Shown in pieces: positions 39,888 to 47,597 of a DNA stretch of 64,000 nucleotides. This DNA comes from Spirochaetia bacterium (lineage in GTDB: Bacteria; Spirochaetota; Spirochaetia; SZUA-6; Bin103), in NCBI GenBank assembly GCA_965203905.1, contig CBDBDQ010000005.1, positions 4,064,001-4,128,000 on the forward strand, in the 5' to 3' direction. The notes below the pieces were generated by a model. It was not told the DNA's origin and searched no databases. It saw nothing but the letters and a program-made list of their open reading frames with translations. The translations under genes were made by a program, and so were the position numbers. Numbering within the stretch: the first letter of the stretch is position 1; each line of letters begins with the position of its first letter.

Positions 39888-40586
39888 TTGAGTTGGATAG
39901 CGCAGGAACACGACCCTGAGTGGCCGTTTGACGACCACGCCACGGCGTTCGACCTCGATCCGGATTCGACGGCGCTGCTGGTCGTGGACGTGCAGGCGGG
40001 CGACCTGGTGAAGGATACCGACACCAAGTACGGACGAAAGTATCCGCACGTCGTCGAGTACTGGAATTCGCGCATCGCCGGCTCGGTCCTGCCCGGGATT
40101 CAGCGGCTTCTGGCGTATTTTCGGGAGCACGGGATGCGGGTGCTTTACACGCGAAACGGTGCGATCACGCCGCACGGCGACGAGATGACGACCCGGCTCA
40201 AAGACTGCAAGCCGCGCAGAACGGACCGCCCGCCCGAGCGCTACCGCGGCACTTCGGCCTACGAAATTGCCAGGGAAATTTTTCCGACCCGGGACGAACT
40301 GGTAGTCGACAAGCTCACCTCGAGCGCCTTTCACAACACCATTCTCGACCACGCCCTCCGTAACATGGGCATCACCGGCGTGGTCATCACCGGTGTCCTG
40401 ACCGACATGTGCATCCTCGGCACGGCGCGGGTGGCAGCGGAGCTGGGCTACAACGCGCTGATCGCCGAAGATTGCTGCGGCACCCTTACCCAGCGCGCCC
40501 ACGACGAGGCGCTGCTCATGCACGCGCGGGTGTTCGGGCGGGTTTCGACTTCCACTGACGTAATAACAGAACTCGAAACCCGTTAA
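39888..40586 (+). CDS. isochorismatase-family cysteine hydrolase
   Basis: TALLVVDVQ, DKLTSSAF, GVLTDMCI, AEDCC (Asp-Lys-Cys triad); TTG start after GGAGG. Confidence 0.9.
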   Translation: MSWIAQEHDPEWPFDDHATAFDLDPDSTALLVVDVQAGDLVKDTDTKYGRKYPHVVEYWNSRIAGSVLPGIQRLLAYFREHGMRVLYTRNGAITPHGDEMTTRLKDCKPRRTDRPPERYRGTSAYEIAREIFPTRDELVVDKLTSSAFHNTILDHALRNMGITGVVITGVLTDMCILGTARVAAELGYNALIAEDCCGTLTQRAHDEALLMHARVFGRVSTSTDVITELETR

Positions 40587-40883
40587 GGAGCCCATGCCTC
40601 ATACTCACACTTCGCCAGGACTGCTTCGATACGCCGATCCGGGCGCGCTGTATGGGCCCGGCGAAGCAGGGCGGGACCAAGACGCGCCGGACACGCTCCG
40701 TTGGCATCAAGCAGGATCAGAATACCGCCGTCGACGCCAACGCGCTGCGCGGCGAGACCGACGTATGCCGCCAGTACCCCTTCTTTCACAAATCTCGTTC
40801 GAGGCACGCGGATCGGCTTCAGGACTACCGGAGACCTGACCGGGGCGAGTTCCTGCACTATCCGCCGGAGCAAAACCGGCACT
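40583..40883 (-). pseudogene. internal fragment of a DUF4276-family gene
   Basis: VPVLLRRIVQEL...ILILLDANGACPARLGP...VLAKCEYEAW; homologous to the broken gene at 52660-53231. Confidence 0.75.
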
Positions 40884-40894
40884 GTCCCTCCATG

Positions 40895-41125
40895 GAACTG
40901 CCGATTCTTCCCGCTCCGTAGATGATATAGCGCATAATCTGTTCCTGATGTTGATCTCCCAGATGAATGACCAACTCCGGTTGCAGGTCCGCTACCAACT
41001 GCAACGCCCGTTCTACCCGTGCCGACCACCGGCGCACGGAGTCGAACTCCACCGCGTACGGCTCTGGGTTCAGGATGAAATGGGTGTCGCTGACGATAAC
41101 GAACCCGAAAAGCGCAGGCGGCAGA
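40895..41125 (-). pseudogene. N-terminal fragments of a calcineurin-like metallophosphoesterase and of a Rossmann-fold (ketopantoate reductase-like) enzyme
   Basis: Manual translation FGFVIVSDTHF...PELVIHLGD followed in frame by MRYIIYGAGRIG; both stop short. Confidence 0.6.
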
Positions 41126-41196
41126 AAGCGGCGATCGAACAGCGGCTTTCATGATTACATCAAGCAATGAGGTAGTCAAGGCAGGAGTTCATTACC

Positions 41197-41403
41197 TTGG
41201 AAAACGCGGCAGGTGAGCTGATTAGTGGCCAGGTGATTCCGATGCAGTCCTGGGAGGTCTTCCTCTGTGGGGCTCATCCCGGCTACACTAGCTACGAGCA
41301 GTTTCTGCGCAAGCAGCTTCGGTTGCAGCAGAACTGTACCCGAGCCGAGGGAGAAGCCGGAGCGGTGCGTGCCGGTGCGGCGCAGCGCCCCGTCCAGAGA
41401 TAG
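41197..41403 (+). pseudogene. internal fragment of a large serine recombinase
   Basis: WEVFLCGAHPGYTSYEQFLRKQLRLQQN...GAVRAGAA matches the H-x-GYISWE-F end of the recombinase domain. Confidence 0.55.
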
Positions 41404-41423
41404 AGCCCTAAAGGAATCCGACC

Positions 41424-42233
41424 ATGAAAATCGGCGCCTCCACCATCCTCCACCGCGACCGCCCTCTTGACCGGGATCTGTTCCGTGAGTTTCAGGAAGC
41501 GGGCATCGAGTCATTGGAGCTCACAGACTATCACCCCGACTTTAACTACGACGATCTCGGGGCTTTTGCAGATCTGCGAAGTGCAATCATGGACTTGTCG
41601 TTGCATCTCAACTCGCTCCACATCCATCTCGAAATCTTCAATGACTATGACCTGGCGACGCTCGATGATGAACAGCGGGAAAAGACTCTGACCGCCTACC
41701 GTCAGGCGGTCGATGTGATGGACGCACTGGGTGGCGGAATCCTCGTGACACATCACATACAGATTCCGGAGCCGGACGACGCCCAGCACACCGAGAAACG
41801 GGCCGCTTACATTCGTAATCTGGGTGCGGTCGCACGGTATGCGGCGCCGAAGACGGTCAGTTTCGCAGTCGAAAATACCTCCCGAGGGTATACCCGGGAT
41901 CCCTCTCGGCTTGTCGAACTGATCGCGGATCTGAATGAATCGAACGTGGGCGTTGTGATCGACACTGGACACCGCAATATCCTCGGTGATCCGGTCGAAG
42001 CCCTGCGGCTAGCCGGACACCACCTCATGACCCTGCATCTGCACGACAACCATGGCGAAGAAGATGAACATCTGCTGCCGGGACGTGCTGACATCGACTG
42101 GGACGGCGTGGTCGGAGCGTTGGATGAAATCGGTTACTCCGGCGTCTTCATGTACGAGCTCAACAGACCCGAGGATCTGACGGAAATCCGTTCGAACGCT
42201 GAACAGCTCTTGGGATCCTTCACGGACTGTTGA
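41424..42233 (+). CDS. sugar phosphate isomerase/epimerase (xylose isomerase-like TIM barrel)
   Basis: FAVEN, VIDTGH, LHLHDNHG..DEHLLPG..DIDW, MYE motifs. Confidence 0.88.
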   Translation: MKIGASTILHRDRPLDRDLFREFQEAGIESLELTDYHPDFNYDDLGAFADLRSAIMDLSLHLNSLHIHLEIFNDYDLATLDDEQREKTLTAYRQAVDVMDALGGGILVTHHIQIPEPDDAQHTEKRAAYIRNLGAVARYAAPKTVSFAVENTSRGYTRDPSRLVELIADLNESNVGVVIDTGHRNILGDPVEALRLAGHHLMTLHLHDNHGEEDEHLLPGRADIDWDGVVGALDEIGYSGVFMYELNRPEDLTEIRSNAEQLLGSFTDC

Positions 42234-42298
42234 GGCAGCTCGACGGAGCCCCTGGCATCCGAGGGATTGTCAGGCAGTTGAACAAAGGGGGATTGATC

Positions 42299-43246
42299 GT
42301 GGCCGAAGGAAGACTGAATGGGAAGGCGGCCATCGTCACGGGGGGCGCGACCGGCGTTGGCGGGGGCATTGCAGACAAGCTGGCTGCGGAAGGGGCCGCC
42401 GTTCTCATCGTGGACATCGACGAAGCTGAGGCCAATGCGCGATCAGCGACGATCCGTGATGGGGGAGGACTGGCATCCGCGATGGAAGGTGACGTCTCAA
42501 GGGAAGACGTAGCCAAGGCCATGGTGGATCGGGCGGTCGACGAATACGGCCGTCTGGATATCCTGGTGCAGAACGCCTACGGCGTGATGGGTCTCCAGGA
42601 TGGAAGTGCTCTCGAAACCACCGTCGAGCGCTGGCACAAGGGCATGAACCTGCTGGTGATGGCGCATTTCCTGGGTGCCAAGTACGGTGTTCCGGCGATG
42701 CAGGTGTCGGGACCGCCCGATGGCTACGACCCCGGTCCGTGGCAGGGTCGCGGAATCCGCCACGGCGACCCTCCACCGATGGAGATCGGACGGATCATCA
42801 ACATCTCATCCGTGCACGGACTCCTCCAGTCGGCCAATACAATGGTCTACGAGACCGGCAAAGCGGCCGTCAACGGCCTGACTCGCCAGATGGCCATCGA
42901 CCTCGGTCCGCTCGGCATCACGGTAAACGCCATCGCCCCCGGCCATATGGTGACCGAAAACCTCGAGAAGCTGTGGTCCGAAGTCGGGAACGAGGCCGGC
43001 TTCCATCTCGCGGAGTTGCAGTACCCCGTCCGACGCACAGGCACGCCTGAGGATGTTGGAAACGCCGTCGCCTTCCTTTGTTCTGAGGAAGCGGCGTTCA
43101 TCACGGGCGTCGTTTTGCCCGTCGATGGCGGTCTTAGCATTCAGCTGCAGGAGAACATCGTCTTCGAACTGAAGAACTACATCCAGGAGAATCCCGGGCT
43201 GAAGACGTTCTTTGATGGCGGGTTCGGGTCGGGGGATCGGCGGTGA
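42299..43246 (+). CDS. short-chain dehydrogenase/reductase
   Basis: TGGATGVG, LDILVQNA, INISS, YETGK, VNAIAPG, VDGG. Confidence 0.92.
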   Translation: MAEGRLNGKAAIVTGGATGVGGGIADKLAAEGAAVLIVDIDEAEANARSATIRDGGGLASAMEGDVSREDVAKAMVDRAVDEYGRLDILVQNAYGVMGLQDGSALETTVERWHKGMNLLVMAHFLGAKYGVPAMQVSGPPDGYDPGPWQGRGIRHGDPPPMEIGRIINISSVHGLLQSANTMVYETGKAAVNGLTRQMAIDLGPLGITVNAIAPGHMVTENLEKLWSEVGNEAGFHLAELQYPVRRTGTPEDVGNAVAFLCSEEAAFITGVVLPVDGGLSIQLQENIVFELKNYIQENPGLKTFFDGGFGSGDRR

Positions 43247-43457
43247 CGATCCATCGCGGCCTGGCAATACATCAAAGAAAGCCGGGTGGTTAGGGTATCC
43301 AACGATTGTTAGAGAGCTATAAGTCGAAAGTATCCCCAAGGATTCTGCATACTCTTGTTAAAATCTGCGTCTTTGACAGCGGCGACCTTTTGTCCATCGT
43401 TCTGCCTCTTCCGTTCTTGATCTGCCGAGTAATATCCTTGGACCGGGCGGCCCTCAG

Positions 43458-44001
43458 GTGACTTACCGCGCGTACAAGGACCTGGTCAAGGTCGAGCGTG
43501 CCTTCCGCAGCATGAAGACGGTGGACTTGAAGGTGCGTCCGATCTATCACCGCAACGCAGATCGGGTACGGGCGCACGTGTTCCTGTGCATGCTGGCCTA
43601 CTACATGGAGTGGCACATGCGCCGGAAGCTGGCCCCGCTGCTGTTCGACGACCACGACCGCGCAGCTGCACAGCAGCAGCGCGCGTCGGTGGTGCAACCG
43701 GCGCAGCGGTCGCCGGCGGCGCGCGCCAAGGCGGCGCGCAAGCGCACCGCTGACGATCTGCCGGTACACAGTTTTCGCAGCCTGATGAGCGACTTGGGGA
43801 CGCTGGTGGTGAACGAGATGCAACTGGCCGAAGGCGGGGGTACATTCTCGTTGCCGACGCAGCCGACCCCGGTTCAGAGCCGCTGCTTCGAATTACTGGG
43901 TGCCGCCTCGGATGTAGTCACGGAAGGCACATCTCATCTTGTTCGTAACTGTTGTATCCGAAATGACTTACCAACGATCTACCTCTGGAACTTCGGGTTA
44001 G
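43458..44001 (+). mobile_element. 3' remnant of an IS1634-family element (transposase C-terminus and right end)
   Basis: YKDLVKVERAFRSMKTVDLKVRPIYHR...RVRAHVFLCMLAYY...PTPVQSRCFELLG; end sequence GGAACTTCGGGTTAG at 43987-44001. Confidence 0.85.
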
Positions 44002-44206
44002 CGGAAGGCAAGGGTGCCCGCCGTGAGGCGGGATCTGGAGGAAGCCGGAAGCAAAACGCTGGCCTGACGAACGGCGAGATAGCGCGAGCGGTGCGTCAAA
44101 CGTCACGGCGGAGAGGGAACAAGCCGACCCCAACGAGCAACGAATGATGGAGGAGGTAGTCGAGCGCGAGAACATGCGAGCCGCCTACCGGCAGGTGACG
44201 CGCAAC
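43996..44206 (+). mobile_element. group II intron remnant (part of the ribozyme 5' domain plus first codons of the reverse transcriptase)
   Basis: AAGGGTGCCCGCCGTGAGGCGGGATCTGGAGGAAGCC...GCAAA resembles class C intron domain I; ATG ATG GAG GAG GTA GTC GAG CGC GAG AAC ATG = [21 protein letters not shown], a typical intron RT N-terminus. Confidence 0.7.
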
Positions 44207-44213
44207 ACTCACT

Positions 44214-44372
44214 TCACGAAGACGGCAGGAGGTGCGGCAGGTTCACGAATCTAATGGAACACCGCTTCGTCGTCTGCCACCACCGTCTTGGCGTGGAGGG
44301 CACCGTCGGGTCCGTCATTTGCGCCGGGCCGCAGGTCGTAGTACACCGTTGAACGCGGGTGTCCGGCCACGA
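44214..44372 (-). pseudogene. drmC: degenerate drmC remnant (relic 2)
   Basis: VYYDLRPGANDGPDGALHAKTVVADDEAVF, then after a deletion HLLPSS-stop, matching the intact drmC ending LLLPSS-stop. Confidence 0.85.
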
Positions 44373-44377
44373 CACTC

Positions 44378-44590
44378 TCAGCGCTGGCGAAAGTCGGCTC
44401 GCCGCACCGTGAGCAGCGTGAACAGCGCCTCGCGTGCCGCGGAGGAGGCATCTCGAAGGCTCATCCGTGCAAGTCGGGCGCTGTCGCATGCTTGGACAAG
44501 GTCCCAGGTGGCGAACTCGACCCCGTGATCGTAATCGGCCGAATAACTAAGCCGTTCCGCATGCTGGAGCAATCCGTCGGGGTCAATCAT
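44378..44590 (-). pseudogene. HEPN gene with a large in-frame internal deletion
   Basis: 70 aa: MIDPDGLLQHAERL joined through SYS to ADYDH...ASSAAREALFTLLTVRRADFRQR, versus 182 aa at 51098..51646. Confidence 0.85.
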
Positions 44591-44948
44591 CGCATGACGA
44601 TCTGGGCCGACCGGTTACGTTGACCACGAAGACGCCCCATTTGGCGACCTTGGTGCCGATCAGCCGCTTGCGCAGGTCAGTAGTGGCGTTGCGCGCCGCT
44701 TCGTAGGGGTAATCACTTACATCGAAGTCCTCGTCAAGATCGAGCACCACCGAAAACACGAAGATCAACCGATCCCTGCTGCCGTACCGGGTGGTCCATT
44801 CGGCGTCGTAGGCCGCAGAGCCGGGCGGTAGGCTCTCGACGAACTCCGTCCTTACCCGCTCGGCATCCTGCTTCGCCGCGTCCAGCGCCGCCTGGAACTC
44901 CGTGGCACTGAGTTCATCCTGCCACGCATACACGCTCGGCCAGCTCAT
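44583..44948 (-). CDS. MSWPSVYAW-family small protein, copy C (intact)
   Basis: 121 aa paralogue; overlaps the HEPN start (ATGATTGA); promoter TTGTGA-17-TAGGCT-7-ATG at 44956-44984. Confidence 0.85.
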   Translation of the reverse strand: MSWPSVYAWQDELSATEFQAALDAAKQDAERVRTEFVESLPPGSAAYDAEWTTRYGSRDRLIFVFSVVLDLDEDFDVSDYPYEAARNATTDLRKRLIGTKVAKWGVFVVNVTGRPRSSCDD

Positions 44949-45007
44949 AACCCTCAGCCTACCGAGCTCCCTTGTCGCTCACAAGGTCAAATCAGATCCT
45001 CCGCGGA

Positions 45008-45787
45008 TCACGAAGAGGGCAGGAGCAGCAGCAGCCCCTGCTCGATCAGGGTCCGGAAGTGCAGCACCGTGGTCGCGGCCAATGTGCGGTCGCGCGCCAG
45101 GAGTCCCAGCTCGATGTTGCGGTCGAACGCCGCCTCGGTCAGGTTCGCGGAAGTGACGAACACGGCTTCGTCGTCCGCCACCACCGCCTTGGCGTGGAGC
45201 ACGCCGCCCGGTCCGTCGTCTGCGACCGAACGCGGGTCGTAGAACACCCGCGGACGGCTCTTGCCGGGCCACGCCTTGCCCCAGAAGCGATCCGCGAAGC
45301 GGCGCACCAGGGTATCCGCCGCGGTGGTGTCGCCGTGCCGACGTTCGATGTTGAGTAGCAGCGTGACCTTGAGCTGTGGATTCGCATCCAGCCGCCCGGC
45401 GAGTGTCGCGAACGCGCGCGGCCCATCGAAGAAGGCGTAGCTGCACACCCAGATCGAATGCCGTGCCGAGCCGATCAGCTCTTCGTACACCCGGCGCGTG
45501 TCGCGCGCGTGCAGCCCGACGACCTCCGGGCCGGTCCAGACGAAGTCGGGCGCAGGCGCCCGCTCCGCCGCACGCGCGAGACTGTTCAGCCAGATCACCC
45601 CCGCCTCCGGCGAAACGCCGATGCGCTGCCACTCGCGCAGCACCTGCAGGATCGCATCCTGATGCTCGCCGCCGACCGTCGAGCGCACCGCAACCGCCGA
45701 GTACGGCGGTACGACTTGACCTGAGTCCAGCGCGCTCACCAGTCTGCTGAGGACGTACGGCGGTAGCGCAAGCAGTGCGTCGATCAC
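45008..45787 (-). CDS. drmC: DISARM phospholipase D-like nuclease DrmC
   Basis: VWTGPE...ARDTRRV, single HKD motif LHAKAVVAD, TSANLTEAAFDRNIELG; directly after drmB. Confidence 0.9.
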   Translation of the reverse strand: MIDALLALPPYVLSRLVSALDSGQVVPPYSAVAVRSTVGGEHQDAILQVLREWQRIGVSPEAGVIWLNSLARAAERAPAPDFVWTGPEVVGLHARDTRRVYEELIGSARHSIWVCSYAFFDGPRAFATLAGRLDANPQLKVTLLLNIERRHGDTTAADTLVRRFADRFWGKAWPGKSRPRVFYDPRSVADDGPGGVLHAKAVVADDEAVFVTSANLTEAAFDRNIELGLLARDRTLAATTVLHFRTLIEQGLLLLLPSS

Positions 45788-45797
45788 AGGGCGGCGA

Positions 45798-47597
45798 TCA
45801 TGGGGCGCCGAAGAACGCGGCTTCCGGGGCGTACAGCGCCGGGGCCACCAGCGCGCGGTCCAGGTACTCGTTGCGCATCTCGCAGGAAGTCTCCGCGATC
45901 AGCGCGCAGCCGTGGCACGCCGCGCCGTGCAGCCAGCGTTCCTCCATGCTCTGCCCCGGCACGTGCTCGGCGCAGACCGGATCGTTGGAACACAGCGCCG
46001 CGGAATCCAGCGCGTAGCGCAGGTGGTCTTCTACCCGGCGCGCTTCCTGGACCAGCCCGCCCAGCGTGCCTTCGGCGTCGGGGCTCGCGGTGTACAGCAA
46101 CAAGGCGAAGCGCTTGCCTTCGTAGTCCGCGTAGATGCGTTCCCGTATCGACGCGGCGGGGTAGCCGCAGCGCATGGACAGGGACTGAATCAGAAGGTGG
46201 GACAGGGTGTGCAGCAGCACGTACGGCCCGCCTGGGAAGTGTCGCTCGCTGTTCCGCCGCCGCGCCCAGGCGACGTGGCCCTCGACAAGCTGGCCCAGTC
46301 GCGTCTGCACCGCCTCCCGGCCGAGCCAGTCCATTACGGCGTTCTCGCGAAGCTGCAGGACGATCCCCTCACCGCGGTTTTCCACTGCCGGGAACCACGT
46401 CGGTTCCAGCGCGATGGCGGCTCTCTCGACCTCGGCTTCGTACTCTCCGTCCACGTTCGGCATCTCGGATTCCAGCCGGGTGAACCCGGCAAGCGCCAGC
46501 ACTTCGCGGAGCCGGTGCACCTGGATGACTGACTCGATCCCGTCGCTGCTCGCCGAGCGGCGCCACACGGAGTCCGGCAGACGCCGAGCGTGGAAGTCCG
46601 GGTGTACGGGCACGTCGTCTCCGAAGCCCTCGGGGACCGCGAGCAGCGCATCGAGCTCTGCCGACTTGATCGGCCGCTCTGCCCCACCGCCGCCCGCACG
46701 CCTTGCAGCGATCGCCTTCAACACCTCGTCGTCGGAAAACGCCGCCAGGCGCCCCGCTACGCCGGGGAATCGCTTGACGACATCGAGACTCGGCGCATCG
46801 GTGACGATCTGCAGTTGTTGCCAGAGCTCTTCGACCGCCTCATCGACCTCGGTGCCGCGGTCCGGCAGCGAAAGAACGCTGAGCACCTGCGGGAACCATG
46901 CGTTGGATGCGGTGCGGATCAGCAGCCGGCTGGGCTGGTCGCAGGGCTCGTTCGCGTGGCGTCCCAGCCACGGTCTGGCGCCGCTGCAGGTGCCGAGCGG
47001 GAACTTGGCCAGGTCCATCGCCTCGTGCATGCGGCGGGACTTGCCACACTCGCAGCGCACGATCTGTTCCGCCAGGTCGCCGGTGGTGCCGCGTTCGTCC
47101 AGCCTGAGCTGCCGGCGGCACTGGTCGTCCGGCCCGTGGACGAACCGATGCCAGTCGATGTCGTCCACGTGGCCCCTGGAGCAGGCACGGACGAAGCGGG
47201 TGGCCACCACTGGTCTCTTGTCGAACTTCCCCCGATCGAGCGCGGTCCGCCGCACCATGCGTCGGGAACGCGTGCCGGTCTGTCCGGTCGAGCCGGGGTT
47301 GGACTCCTGCACCACGAACCACTCGGGGAACCGCCACGCCCCGATGCCGCGTTGGCGGTCCTGCCAGTGCTCGGGCTCCGGCGGTGGCGCGTACAGCCTG
47401 GGACCCTGCACGCCGGTCATGGAGGTCAGCTTGGACGCCAGGCGCGGCTCCTCGATCGGTTCCAGGTTGGTCTCGGCGCCCCAGGTGTCGAGGCCACCCA
47501 CGATGGCGGATTCGTCGGGCAGATCGATCAGCGCTCCCGGCCCGAACGTGGTGATGACCTGGCTGCGCCGCAACTGGCCATGTGCCTTGCCGTTCAT
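45798..47597 (-). CDS. drmB: DISARM DUF1998 protein DrmB
   Basis: GQLRRSQVITTFGPGA, ENRGEG, LLHTLSHLLI, EGTLGGLV, CSNDPVC, AACHGC..IAETSCE. Confidence 0.93.
   Translation of the reverse strand: MNGKAHGQLRRSQVITTFGPGALIDLPDESAIVGGLDTWGAETNLEPIEEPRLASKLTSMTGVQGPRLYAPPPEPEHWQDRQRGIGAWRFPEWFVVQESNPGSTGQTGTRSRRMVRRTALDRGKFDKRPVVATRFVRACSRGHVDDIDWHRFVHGPDDQCRRQLRLDERGTTGDLAEQIVRCECGKSRRMHEAMDLAKFPLGTCSGARPWLGRHANEPCDQPSRLLIRTASNAWFPQVLSVLSLPDRGTEVDEAVEELWQQLQIVTDAPSLDVVKRFPGVAGRLAAFSDDEVLKAIAARRAGGGGAERPIKSAELDALLAVPEGFGDDVPVHPDFHARRLPDSVWRRSASSDGIESVIQVHRLREVLALAGFTRLESEMPNVDGEYEAEVERAAIALEPTWFPAVENRGEGIVLQLRENAVMDWLGREAVQTRLGQLVEGHVAWARRRNSERHFPGGPYVLLHTLSHLLIQSLSMRCGYPAASIRERIYADYEGKRFALLLYTASPDAEGTLGGLVQEARRVEDHLRYALDSAALCSNDPVCAEHVPGQSMEERWLHGAACHGCALIAETSCEMRNEYLDRALVAPALYAPEAAFFGAP

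Noticed and set aside
43262-43440. AT-richer scrap encoding MDKRSPLSKTQILTRVCRILGDTFDL on the minus strand
   Set aside because: It may be the N-terminus of another defence-type gene, but it is too short to support a call.
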